Origin: Planctomycetota bacterium
Lineage (GTDB): Bacteria; Planctomycetota; UBA1135
Direction of reading: 5' to 3'
NCBI GenBank assembly: GCA_045047305.1
Contig: JASFYO010000008.1
Location: 1-35,217, forward strand
Length of the DNA: 35,217 nucleotides
A program made the translations under genes and the position numbers. The notes beneath the pieces were generated by a model. It saw nothing but the letters and a program-made list of their open reading frames with translations. It was not told the origin of the DNA and did not search any database. Of the stretch, positions 1 through 9,351 are shown piece by piece (the stretch's first letter is position 1; each line of letters opens with the position of its first letter).

Positions 1-627
1 CGTCAGGCAAAATTTACGACCTGGCTTTACACCATTGCAGCGCGCGCCTGTGGCCGGATGCACCGTTTGCGCGCCGGGCAGCCGAAACGTATGCAATCAC
101 TGGAGGCTTTACTCCCCTTTGGCGAGGCCAGCATGGGTTTCGTGGACCCCACTAGTAAATCTCCGCTTGACGAACAAATTCGGCTCGAGGGCAAGGAAAG
201 AATCGAGGCGGCCATCGTCAACCTACCGATTGAGTTCCGCCTGCCACTTTTATTGAAGGATATTTTGGGCCTTCCAGGGAAAGAGGTCGCCGAAATCTTG
301 GATATGAAAGAAGCTACGGTGAAAACACGTGTCCACCGTGCTCGCCTACGTCTTAGACAGGTGTTAGAGACTGTTTTACCGAAGAAAGAGGTCCCAAAGG
401 CACAATACACGGTACAAGTATGCATGGACCTATTGCGTTTAAAACAAGACTCCCTGGATCAAGGGAAGGCTTCTACGCCCGAATTAGATGCCATGATGTG
501 CCAGCGGTGTGAGGTAATTTTCGACACCATGGACTCCACACTCAATATTTGTCAAGAAATTGGGGCTGGAAGGATGCCGGAAGAGCTCCGCGAAAGTATC
601 CTTCTCCACTTCCGGGATTCCAAATGA
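1..627 (+). CDS. ECF sigma-70 family RNA polymerase sigma factor (5'-truncated by window) with Cys-containing C-terminal extension
   Basis: Frame 1 is open from base 1 (RQAKFTTWLYTIAAR, region 2). Region 4 HTH: LPIEFRLPLLLKDILGLPGKEVAEILDMKEATVKTRVHRARLRL. The tail carries C..CQRC..C. Ends at TGA. Confidence 0.88.
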   Translation, partial: RQAKFTTWLYTIAARACGRMHRLRAGQPKRMQSLEALLPFGEASMGFVDPTSKSPLDEQIRLEGKERIEAAIVNLPIEFRLPLLLKDILGLPGKEVAEILDMKEATVKTRVHRARLRLRQVLETVLPKKEVPKAQYTVQVCMDLLRLKQDSLDQGKASTPELDAMMCQRCEVIFDTMDSTLNICQEIGAGRMPEELRESILLHFRDSK

Positions 628-669
628 CTCTGTTTTAGGATTTTGGGAAAGTTCTTGAAACCAATTGCG

Positions 670-830
670 CTGATTGTGCACTAAGTAATCAGTGGGCCTC
701 ACATGTGTGCGGCTTGATAAGAAAGACAGGAACTTATTTCCCGGTTCGTCGGGGAGAATGAGACTGGATCGTCGACACCGTGGGGGTTGGCGTCGATTCG
801 GGAGACTTCTCTCCGGCGGCCTTTTTTTTT
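670..830 (+). ncRNA. Candidate structured small RNA or long terminator-like element
   Basis: Intergenic. Hairpin CTGATT..AATCAG, then a long imperfect stem (743-758 GGTTCGTCGGGGAGAA with 807-821 TTCTCTCCGGCGGCC) enclosing an internal loop and an inner stem, followed by T9 at 822-830. Confidence 0.35.
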
Positions 831-859
831 GCGTGAAGCCCAACTGCTAAACTCGGAAC

Positions 860-1792
860 ATGCCGAGTTTCACACGCAGGCGTTTTCTATCCGGGTTGTC
901 ATGCCTCGCTGGCCTGGGCTTAACCCACCCGCTACGCACTTCGCAGCTGTTCGCTGCATCCCTGCCCCCAAATGAGATATTCCCACTATCTCTAGCGCAA
1001 TGGTCACTCCATCGCAGCTTGCACAGCGGAAAGTTAAGCAACTTGGGATTTCCAGCAGAAGCTGCACGGCTTGGCTTTCGTGGTGTGGAATACGTGAATC
1101 AGTTCTTCATGCACCGAGCCAAAGATCAAGGCTACTTGGGAGAGCTCAAACGTCGCTGCGAGCAGGTCGGGGTGAAGAGCTTGCTCATCATGTGCGATGC
1201 CGAAGGTGCGCTCGGAGATCCAGATGATGCGCGACGCACCTCTGCGATTGAAAATCACCGCAAGTGGATTGGCGCGGCAGCCTTCCTTGGATGCCATTCG
1301 ATTCGGGTCAACGCGCAGAGTGAAGGCACCCGAGAGGAGCAGCAACATTTAGCTGCGGACGGGTTACGCAGACTAACCGAGATTGGTGCCGACGCCGGGA
1401 TTCAAGTCATTGTAGAAAACCACGGCGGATGGTCATCGGATGGCGTGTGGTTGGCAAATGTAATGCACGAAGTCGATCACCCGATGTGCGGGACCCTGCC
1501 TGACTTCGGCAACTTTTCCGTCGGCGATGTTCTCTATGACCGTTACCAAGGCGTGAAACTCATGATGCCTTTCGCCAAAGCTGTAAGCGCCAAATCGCAT
1601 GACTTTGCCGAAGATGGTTCAGAGAAACATACGGATTACTTACGCATGCTAAAAATCGTGCACGCTGCTGGTTACCGCAGCTGGATTGGAGTGGAATATG
1701 AAGGCAGCAGCATGAGCGAAGTCGAGGGAATCCTGGCTACCAAACGTTTGCTTGAGGAAGTCCGTATGCAAATCCAAGACGAGTGTTCATGA
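860..1792 (+). CDS. Tat-exported sugar phosphate isomerase/epimerase family (xylose isomerase-like TIM barrel) protein
   Basis: Tat motif TRRRFL; SLAQWSLH, VENHGG, LPDFGNF, SAKSHDF and GVEYEG motifs. Confidence 0.88.
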   Translation: MPSFTRRRFLSGLSCLAGLGLTHPLRTSQLFAASLPPNEIFPLSLAQWSLHRSLHSGKLSNLGFPAEAARLGFRGVEYVNQFFMHRAKDQGYLGELKRRCEQVGVKSLLIMCDAEGALGDPDDARRTSAIENHRKWIGAAAFLGCHSIRVNAQSEGTREEQQHLAADGLRRLTEIGADAGIQVIVENHGGWSSDGVWLANVMHEVDHPMCGTLPDFGNFSVGDVLYDRYQGVKLMMPFAKAVSAKSHDFAEDGSEKHTDYLRMLKIVHAAGYRSWIGVEYEGSSMSEVEGILATKRLLEEVRMQIQDECS

Positions 1793-3105
1793 ACCCCCTA
1801 ATCCTTTGCCTCAGCTTGGCTTGTTTTGCGCAAGAAGAAAGCGCAGGCCAGAACACCCAGGATCCGCAGATACTATTGCACGAAGCCGTTTCGTTTAGCA
1901 AACCCAAAGAACGCGCAGCGGCGGCGAAACGCTTGATAAAGCTGCGCGGTGTAAGTTTGCACCAGTGGCTCGAGATCATGCACGATTTTGGGTCCTTCGA
2001 CACTGCCGAAGCTGGCGCCCACGGCGAAAAGATTGCGGCGTGGGTGGATTCCAAAAAAGTTGAGCTACAAATCGATTACTTCGTGCCCTCGAGTTATGCG
2101 CCAAGCAAACCTGCTCCGCTGCTCATGTTGTTACATGGTTCCGGAGGGACGGGGGCTGGAATGTTACGCAGCTGGATGCGCTTTGCTGAACAGCATGGAT
2201 TTCTACTGTTAGCGCCCACCGACCCCAAATCGCAGCAAGGCTATGCCTTCACTCAGCGCGAGCGCGATGAAGGTCTTGAGGCCCTACGTTGGATGCGATT
2301 GCACTACAACGTAGATGAGAACCAGGTCCACTTACACGGAGTCAGTCGCGGCGGGCATATGGCCTGGGATCTGGGAGTCCGGCACAGCGATCAGTTCGCT
2401 TCCTTGGTGCCTGCGATTGGTGGACCGACCTGGATTGTTAGTGGTGGCCGCAACAATATTCGTTTAGTGGAGAACCTGTTCCTAACACCGATACGTCAGT
2501 TGCAAGGATCGCAAGATGACCCACGCTTACTAAGAAACTTACGCCTGAGTTTCGAACGCATCCGTGCTGCTGGTAACGACGATGCCATGTTGATTGAATT
2601 CCCCGACCTGGGGCATTCTTTTCGCACCGACACAGTGGATTGGGGTGAGTTTTTTTCGAGCCACCCACGGAATCCGCTGCCTCAGAAAATCTCCTATTCC
2701 ACTGCGCGCAAACACAACCCACGACGCTCTTGGTTATGGGTGGAGCGGCTAGACAAAGCGATGGATGAAACCTTTTTGATTAAGGTCGACCCCAAAGAGT
2801 GGCAACGCATGGATACCAACAAGCGCGCAAACTATATTCAGAACCTGGCTGATGAGCAAACGTCGCGGATCATGGTAGAGCGAACCGACACTGGAACGTT
2901 TGTCCTGCAGGCCTTTGGGGTTAAAAAATGCTCACTCATGCTTCCTCAAGAGTGGATTGGTGAGGACAACAAGGTCACCGTGACTGTCGCAGATAAAACC
3001 AGCCAATTAAAGGCTAAGCCCTCGCGCAAGGTACTTCTCAACGACTTCGTCGAACGCTTTGACCGCACTTTTTTGCCGGTTGCCGAGGTCCGGATAAAAC
3101 CTTAA
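1789..3105 (+). CDS. Secreted alpha/beta hydrolase (esterase/peptidase-like)
   Basis: ATGA overlap with the upstream stop; signal peptide; LLHGSGG oxyanion motif, GVSRGG nucleophile elbow, GSQDD acid residue and LGH His. Confidence 0.78.
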   Translation: MNPLILCLSLACFAQEESAGQNTQDPQILLHEAVSFSKPKERAAAAKRLIKLRGVSLHQWLEIMHDFGSFDTAEAGAHGEKIAAWVDSKKVELQIDYFVPSSYAPSKPAPLLMLLHGSGGTGAGMLRSWMRFAEQHGFLLLAPTDPKSQQGYAFTQRERDEGLEALRWMRLHYNVDENQVHLHGVSRGGHMAWDLGVRHSDQFASLVPAIGGPTWIVSGGRNNIRLVENLFLTPIRQLQGSQDDPRLLRNLRLSFERIRAAGNDDAMLIEFPDLGHSFRTDTVDWGEFFSSHPRNPLPQKISYSTARKHNPRRSWLWVERLDKAMDETFLIKVDPKEWQRMDTNKRANYIQNLADEQTSRIMVERTDTGTFVLQAFGVKKCSLMLPQEWIGEDNKVTVTVADKTSQLKAKPSRKVLLNDFVERFDRTFLPVAEVRIKP

Positions 3106-3152
3106 TCCAACGCCACGCATAGAGTTTTGACTTACAATCGCTACCGACATCG

Positions 3153-5057
3153 ATGAATAACGTCCTCCCCCTCTCTGTACTTGCACTGTGTGCCGCTGCT
3201 CCACTTGCCGCGCAGCAGTCGCCCCATCTTCAATTTCACGAGGTCAGCCTTGCTGTTGGCATTGATGCCGACATGACTAATAGCCTTGACCATGAAGTCG
3301 GCTCGATGAATGGTGGCGCATCCATTGGCGATTTCAACAACGATGGCATCGGTGATATTTTCCTTCCATCGACCGGCGTTCATCCTGACCGTATTTTCTT
3401 CGGCAAGTCAGATGACAGCTTCGAAAAAGTAATTCCTACAGTGCACAACGCAACCGTTTTATACCGCGGGGTGGGTTCCACGATTGGTGACTTCGATAGC
3501 GACGGTTGGCAAGACATTTACATCACCAGCTTTGGTGACATGGCAAACCTACCAGGTCCCGGCGCCAATCGTCTTTACCACAACAACGGAGATGGCACTT
3601 TTACCGACGTTGCTGCTTATGCCGGCGTTTCCTTTGATGCGCCTTCAATCCCCGATGGCTTCGGCTCCTGTTTTGGCGATTATGATTTAGATGGTGATCT
3701 AGATTTATTTGTATGTGCATGGAATGTGGCGGACCAAGGGAATCAGCTGTTCCGCAACAATGGAAACGGAACCTTCACCACTGTCACCATTGCCGCAGGG
3801 CTTAACTTTGGCATCGTGCGCGGCTTCTCACCTAGATTCGCTGACCTCAATGGAGACCGCTACCCCGAACTGCTAATGGCTTCGGACTTTGGAACGACCC
3901 ACCTATTCGAAAATCAGCGCGATGGAAGCTTCCGCGATATCACCCCGGCACTCGTGCCCGACAAGGTGCATTACGGCATGGGTCAGGCACTTGGTGACTT
4001 CAACGGCGACGGCTTGCTCGATTGGTATGTCACCTCCATTTTCTTCGACGTAGCAACACCATTCGTAGCGAACGGCAACCGCTTGTACATGAACCAAGGA
4101 GCAGGACTACCGATGAAAGCGACACGCTTCGCATCCGGTGTCGTCGATGGCGGCTGGGGCTGGGGCGCCGTTGCCGGTGATTTCGACCTTGATGGCGATA
4201 TGGATATCGCTGAGGTCAACGGTTGGCAAGACCCTGAATGGGCTGTCGAAAGTAGCAAACTATTGCTTAATGATGGCACTGCTAACTTCCAAGAGGATGC
4301 CGCCGGAACTGGCTTTGAGGACTTCGGTCAAGGCCGCGGGCTAGTCAGCTTCGACTACCAGAACGATGGGGATTTAGACCTACTCGTGGTGAACAACAAC
4401 GGGCCAGTGCATCTATATCGCAACGACGTCCACGGCAACACTCACTGGTTGCGCATCAATACGGACACCTCCAGGAATCCCGCGCTGGCACCAAATGGAG
4501 CTGGCACAAGGATCATCACTGAAATAAACGGAGTCGAGCAGGTTCAGGTGATAGATGGTGGCACCTCCTATCTCGGCTGCAGCCAGATGACGGCTATTTT
4601 TGGCTTAGGGCAGAATCATGACGTCGACCATTTGACCGTGGTTTGGAGCGACGGTTTCCGCACGGTCCTCAGCGACGTAGATGACCATCAAATCCTGAAC
4701 ATTGCTGCGCTCGAGCCGCTCACTCAGGATGTATCGATTCATCGTGGTCAAATGTTCGACAGCACCATCCATGGCCTCATTCCGGGAGAGAACGCGTGGT
4801 TCCTTTCCTCCCTCTCCGGCACCACCGATCATGGCCCCAGCTTTGCGGTGTTGGGTGACATGGCTTTGAACTTGCGTCAACCCATCATCCTTTTGGGCCG
4901 CGCCACCGCCAACGCTGACGGGATTGCAACCCTACGCACTAGTCTGGCGCCTTGGCATCCGTTGGTGCCACTCGCTACCCAAGTGGTCGTGAATCGAGAA
5001 CTGGAAGATGGCGGCAGTATCAAGAGCAACGTGACGCTGCGCCAGATTCAGCGCTAA
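3153..5057 (+). CDS. Secreted FG-GAP/VCBS-repeat protein (CRTAC1 family, ASPIC/UnbV-like domain) with extra C-terminal domain
   Basis: Signal peptide; repeated GDFNNDG/GDYDLDGDLD/DLNGD Ca-binding motifs; LYRN..HWLRI..GTSYLG..FGLG..W.DG (ASPIC/UnbV). Confidence 0.85.
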   Translation: MNNVLPLSVLALCAAAPLAAQQSPHLQFHEVSLAVGIDADMTNSLDHEVGSMNGGASIGDFNNDGIGDIFLPSTGVHPDRIFFGKSDDSFEKVIPTVHNATVLYRGVGSTIGDFDSDGWQDIYITSFGDMANLPGPGANRLYHNNGDGTFTDVAAYAGVSFDAPSIPDGFGSCFGDYDLDGDLDLFVCAWNVADQGNQLFRNNGNGTFTTVTIAAGLNFGIVRGFSPRFADLNGDRYPELLMASDFGTTHLFENQRDGSFRDITPALVPDKVHYGMGQALGDFNGDGLLDWYVTSIFFDVATPFVANGNRLYMNQGAGLPMKATRFASGVVDGGWGWGAVAGDFDLDGDMDIAEVNGWQDPEWAVESSKLLLNDGTANFQEDAAGTGFEDFGQGRGLVSFDYQNDGDLDLLVVNNNGPVHLYRNDVHGNTHWLRINTDTSRNPALAPNGAGTRIITEINGVEQVQVIDGGTSYLGCSQMTAIFGLGQNHDVDHLTVVWSDGFRTVLSDVDDHQILNIAALEPLTQDVSIHRGQMFDSTIHGLIPGENAWFLSSLSGTTDHGPSFAVLGDMALNLRQPIILLGRATANADGIATLRTSLAPWHPLVPLATQVVVNRELEDGGSIKSNVTLRQIQR

Positions 5058-5075
5058 GACTGGTATCCTTTGAGG

Positions 5076-5567
5076 ATGCTGATTAAGCAGCCCTACACCA
5101 ATTTCACCTTGGGCCTCATGGCTTTGGTGCTCTTGACTTCGTTTACTCTCAGCGCGGTCGTGCGCTCCACGGCGCTCCCGCAAGAGCCAGAAGCCCATGA
5201 GGGACACGATCAAGATAGCCCCCTTGCGCACGCCATGTCAAAGTTGAAGGACAACATGCGGGGTCTACGTAAAACCCTTGGCAAACCGGACAAGACTGAA
5301 GATGGGATGGCTTTTGCTACGGGCATGCGTCATGCGGCCCTCGAAGCCCTACCCCTATGGCCCGATGCCCCACAAGGATTGTCGAAGTCCGAACAAGTGA
5401 AATGGCGCGTGGATTTCCAGCGTAAATTGCTCGCCGTTTGTGATGGCACGCTGCAAATAGAACTCGCCTTGGCAGAAGAACGGCCAGAAGATGCGAAAGC
5501 GGTTTACAAAACGCTCCTCGGCATCAAAAAAGAAGGCCACGACACCTACGACCCCGACGAAGAGTAA
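5076..5567 (+). CDS. Exported four-helix-bundle protein, cytochrome b562-like
   Basis: N-terminal hydrophobic signal; SPLAHAM (candidate Met ligand) and KKEGH (candidate His ligand) at opposite ends of an all-helical domain; no CxxCH. Confidence 0.6.
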   Translation: MLIKQPYTNFTLGLMALVLLTSFTLSAVVRSTALPQEPEAHEGHDQDSPLAHAMSKLKDNMRGLRKTLGKPDKTEDGMAFATGMRHAALEALPLWPDAPQGLSKSEQVKWRVDFQRKLLAVCDGTLQIELALAEERPEDAKAVYKTLLGIKKEGHDTYDPDEE

Positions 5568-5573
5568 AGCTCC

Positions 5574-6413
5574 TTGTTGCTCTCCCTTCTGCTAACCACA
5601 GCAAGTCTTCTCCCACAACAAGAGCCTGACTTGGGTGGCCAAGTGCGCAACTTATTCGCGGATAAGTGTGTGCAATGTCACAATCCACAATCCGATTCGC
5701 GCAAAGCTAAGCGAGAGCTTGATCAGGCGTGGGATTTGCGCGCGGTCGCACGTGAGTGGGGCGACGCCCTGGACCCAGAGTCCTCCGTTCTGATCGAGGT
5801 TGCAGAAGATCGCAGTATGCCTCCGGAGGATAGTGATTACCTTCCGGTCACAGAGCAAGAAGCAATATTGTTAATAGATTGGGCACTCGCTGGGACACCC
5901 ATGCCGCACGATGGCAATCCCTTCGTAGATATGGATATGGCTGCGCAGTATATGCCGAAGTCAGATCAACCCCCTGCGCCACCGGTGGAACATAGTTTGT
6001 GGCAACGAGCGCTCATTTTGCTGGGGCATTTCCACCCATTGGTCGTGCACTTTCCAGTTGCGTTTTTGCTCCTTGCAACGCTCCTCCGTTGTGGATTCTT
6101 ATTCCGTAAAAACGAGACATGCCTAAAACTAGAGTTTATCTGTTTTTGCGTCGGCGCACCCTCTGCGATTTTTGCTGCCGGGCTTGGTTGGCTCAATGCA
6201 GCCAATAGTGGTGCAGGTGGTCATGACCTTTTCCTTCACCGCTGGCTCGGTGTTGGCGTTGCAGCTGGAGCCGTTCTTGTGCTGATTTTACACAAAAGCA
6301 CTGCGCGCAAAAAATGGTATAGCTTGCTGGTGTTTGCCCTAGCCATCGCTCTCGCTTGGGGCGCGCACATGGGTGGCGAGATGGTGTACGGCGAAAGCTA
6401 TCTTCAGTTCTAG
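5574..6413 (+). CDS. Planctomycete-type cytochrome c domain fused to DUF2231-like membrane domain
   Basis: TTG start, signal peptide, CVQCH heme motif, MPP distal Met; C-terminal TM domain with HFHPLVVHFP, HRWLG and GAHMGGEMVYG. Confidence 0.8.
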   Translation: MLLSLLLTTASLLPQQEPDLGGQVRNLFADKCVQCHNPQSDSRKAKRELDQAWDLRAVAREWGDALDPESSVLIEVAEDRSMPPEDSDYLPVTEQEAILLIDWALAGTPMPHDGNPFVDMDMAAQYMPKSDQPPAPPVEHSLWQRALILLGHFHPLVVHFPVAFLLLATLLRCGFLFRKNETCLKLEFICFCVGAPSAIFAAGLGWLNAANSGAGGHDLFLHRWLGVGVAAGAVLVLILHKSTARKKWYSLLVFALAIALAWGAHMGGEMVYGESYLQF

Positions 6414-6428
6414 AGCGCCGAAGGGATT

Positions 6429-6459
6429 CCCGCGTGAACCAGATCCTTCACGCGGGTTT
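6429..6459 (+). terminator. Probable intrinsic terminator hairpin
   Basis: Perfect 10-bp stem CCCGCGTGAA/TTCACGCGGG followed by TTT, between convergent genes. Confidence 0.6.
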
Positions 6460-6619
6460 GCAAACCAACGCCGAGCAACAAGCCCATGCGTTGCGGAAAA
6501 CCAAGCCAAGTAAAATCACTTACAGCAGTGCGCCAAAGCGAAGTTGGCCATCCACGCAAGCACAGTGGCAACCATGACGCCTGGAATCCAAGCGCGATGA
6601 GATACGGTTGTAACTATGC

Positions 6620-7210
6620 TTACTCGTTGTAGGCAAGTTCGCGTTCATGCAACTGATAGCCGCCAGCGTCTTGCTTTTCGAAAGTATTACAGCGCAGGAT
6701 TTCCCCGCCGTACACGTGGACCGTAACCGCGGTTTCCGTTCCCGGGTTTTCGATAATGTGATACTCAAAAGGCGGAATCAATTTGCCCGCCTCGCCCACA
6801 CCTGCCATTTGCGATTGCGCTTCCGTGAAATCCAAGATTCCAGCCTCGGAGTCGAGGTTGGCCTCGCGGCGAAAATTGGTAACCTTGATGGAACCTTGGC
6901 TCACACATTCGACACACCATGTACCGGCGTGATCATGCAGCGGAGTGCCTTGTCCTGGCCCCCACACCATGACGACAACCGAATAAGCGCCGTGTGGATG
7001 CCGGTGAAGTAGGCGTCGAGCGTATCCATCTTTACTGGGAGTACACATGGATGCATCGAGAATCGGGGCGCCGCTAGAGAAAGTGCGGATAAGGACCTCC
7101 ATCACCTGACGACAGCGAGTTGGGTCATCGCTTGCGGCGACGGCATCATCGAGACCAGCAATCAGATCTTCCAGATTGCGGATGGGTTGGCTAGGTTCGG
7201 TCTCCGTCAC
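6620..7210 (-). CDS. Cysteine dioxygenase family (cupin) protein
   Basis: YARRLLH, WGPGQGTPLHDH, YHII and VHVYG motifs of thiol dioxygenases; GTG start 6 nt after TAAACT. Confidence 0.85.
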   Translation of the reverse strand: MTETEPSQPIRNLEDLIAGLDDAVAASDDPTRCRQVMEVLIRTFSSGAPILDASMCTPSKDGYARRLLHRHPHGAYSVVVMVWGPGQGTPLHDHAGTWCVECVSQGSIKVTNFRREANLDSEAGILDFTEAQSQMAGVGEAGKLIPPFEYHIIENPGTETAVTVHVYGGEILRCNTFEKQDAGGYQLHERELAYNE

Positions 7211-7235
7211 GCAGCGAGTTTATCATGGCCTGAAT

Positions 7236-8198
7236 ATGCCAGGCTCCTCATCACCTCACCGCGGCTGGTTGTTACCGCCACGGCCACGCATTGCCGTGGT
7301 CGGCGCACATGGACTCGTCGGAGAAGCCTTGGTGCAGGTCTTAGAGCTGCGGGAATTCCCCACAGAAAAAGTTGTGGAGCACCACTTACGCGATTTCACT
7401 CCGGCTGCAGCAGCAAATGCCGACCTCGTGTTCCTTGCCGCCCCTGCCACACTCTCATTGCAGTGGGCAAAAAAACTGGTGCACCAAGGCTGCATCGTCA
7501 TTGACCTTTCGGAGGCTTGGCGCTTGGACTACAAGGTTCCGCTTGTTCTATCGGGGCACAACTTGGAGGCGCTGCAGCAGCATCAAGGCCTCATCGCAAG
7601 CCCGAACTGCACCAATGGCGGCTTGGTTCATGTGCTAAATCTGCTGCGCCGCCACTTCGCTTTGAAAAAGGTAGTCGTGACCACTTTTCAAGCAGCCAGT
7701 GGCGGTGGCCGCGAGCTATTAGAAGCCTTGAACCAACCCTCTGCTGCACTGCACGCCAATGTAATCCCGCAATGTGATAGCTTCTCCCCTGATGGCTCCA
7801 CTCTTGAGGAATTACGTGTGGTAGAGGAAAGCCAACGACTACTTGGCCCACCAGCAGTCGAAATCAGCGCCACGTGCGTGCGGGTACCAGTCGCAGTGGG
7901 ACACGGACTTTCGGTGTGGATGGATTTCGAGAACGATTTGAGTCTCGAAGCGGTGCGCAAGATACTCGATGCAGAAGATGCCATTGTCCTGGCACCGCGT
8001 GCTGCCGACTACCCAACTCCCAAAAGTCATAGTGGACAAGAAGGCGTGTTCGTCGGACGCGTGCGCCACGGCGCCACCGCGAAGCAACTGCAAATGTGGA
8101 TTGTAACCGACAACCTGCTGACTGGCGCCGCGAGTAACGCGGTGGACCTTGCGCAAGCCTTATTGCCTAACTCACAGTCACTTCAGCAGTCTCACTAG
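7236..8198 (+). CDS. asd: Aspartate-semialdehyde dehydrogenase
   Basis: IAVVGAHGLVG, VIDLS..WR, VPLV, SPNCT (catalytic Cys), QAASGGG, CVRVPV..GH and DNLLTGAA. Start moved to ATG 7236 to avoid overlapping the divergent gene. Confidence 0.85.
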   Translation: MPGSSSPHRGWLLPPRPRIAVVGAHGLVGEALVQVLELREFPTEKVVEHHLRDFTPAAAANADLVFLAAPATLSLQWAKKLVHQGCIVIDLSEAWRLDYKVPLVLSGHNLEALQQHQGLIASPNCTNGGLVHVLNLLRRHFALKKVVVTTFQAASGGGRELLEALNQPSAALHANVIPQCDSFSPDGSTLEELRVVEESQRLLGPPAVEISATCVRVPVAVGHGLSVWMDFENDLSLEAVRKILDAEDAIVLAPRAADYPTPKSHSGQEGVFVGRVRHGATAKQLQMWIVTDNLLTGAASNAVDLAQALLPNSQSLQQSH

Positions 8199-9300
8199 AG
8201 ACCTTGCCCTTTTCCGCCGGAGGACCGCTTCCAAGCAGCACGGCAACCGGCCGAGTGCGTTCATTCGAGAGTAAAATCACCTGGAGAGCCGAGGTCAATG
8301 GAACTGCAAGGAACGCACCAACGACTCCCCAGATTCCAGCCCACACCACCACGGAAACGATGATGACCAAGGGTGAAAGGTTGAGTTCCCGGCCAAGTAC
8401 CTTTGGCTCCAGATAGCTGCCTAATGTCAGGTTTACGCTGAGATAGGCCACTAAAACAAACAGCGCCTTATTCCAGGAGGACTCAATTGCAAGAGCCGTC
8501 ACTGTTGGGAAAATCGCCGCAATGATGGAGCCAAACGTTGGAATGAAATTCAGCAGAAAAGTCAGCAGGCCAAACAGTAATGCATATGGAATCTGCAACA
8601 TGACCAAGATGAAGTAACACAGGGATCCGGTCATTAAGGAAACGGCTGTCTTCACGCTGAGGTACTTTTGGATACCGCGCCCGATGCTATCGAGTACGCG
8701 TGCGGCCTCGTCCTGGCGGTCTCCTGCGATCGCTAAAATCTTACGGCGGAAAATCTTTTGCTCAGCAAAGATGAAGATCATGTAAATCATCACCAGAATC
8801 AAGGCTCGGGTAAAGCCTAGGCCGCCGTCGAAAATTCCACGAGCAACACCCGTCAGGTCAAGGTCGTGCAAAGATTCCACCAAAAGCCGGCGCATGGCTT
8901 CCGGCATGGAGGAATTCTCCATACGCACACCAAGGCCATCCACCACCGATGGCCAATCAAAATCCTGTGACAACTCTTCCTGATTTTGGTTTACCGGATC
9001 GATACCTTCCTGGTAAGTCGTCTGCGAAGTATCGCCAAGAAACTGCACGATATTCGCCTGCAACAGACTGCCTGCTTGGACTAGACCGAGAAACAAGGAT
9101 GCAACCAATGCAATCACGGTGAGTGCAGGGGGGATTTTCCACCGCGCCAGACGCACCACCACAGGTTGCAGCATACTCGCCAAAAGCAAAGCGATGACCA
9201 AAGGCTGCAAAATGCTGGCGCCCACATGCAACACCCACCCCACCATAATCGTGGTGAGGATGCTTTGCAGAATCAACGTGGAGCGGTTTGGTGGCGGCAC
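8167..9300 (-). CDS. AI-2E family transporter
   Basis: Multi-TM protein; LLNFIPTFGS, YLEPKVLGRELNLSP and WGVVGAFLAVPL. Confidence 0.9.
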   Translation of the reverse strand: MPPPNRSTLILQSILTTIMVGWVLHVGASILQPLVIALLLASMLQPVVVRLARWKIPPALTVIALVASLFLGLVQAGSLLQANIVQFLGDTSQTTYQEGIDPVNQNQEELSQDFDWPSVVDGLGVRMENSSMPEAMRRLLVESLHDLDLTGVARGIFDGGLGFTRALILVMIYMIFIFAEQKIFRRKILAIAGDRQDEAARVLDSIGRGIQKYLSVKTAVSLMTGSLCYFILVMLQIPYALLFGLLTFLLNFIPTFGSIIAAIFPTVTALAIESSWNKALFVLVAYLSVNLTLGSYLEPKVLGRELNLSPLVIIVSVVVWAGIWGVVGAFLAVPLTSALQVILLSNERTRPVAVLLGSGPPAEKGKVSSETAEVTVS

Positions 9301-9351
9301 AGCATAATGTTATCCGCGCCCACCCCAACTCCGGGTCATGGTCTGTTGGAT

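Noticed and set aside
3330..4400. Recurrent GAT/GAC-rich repeats as a possible array
   Set aside because: These are coding FG-GAP motifs, not CRISPR or DNA repeats.
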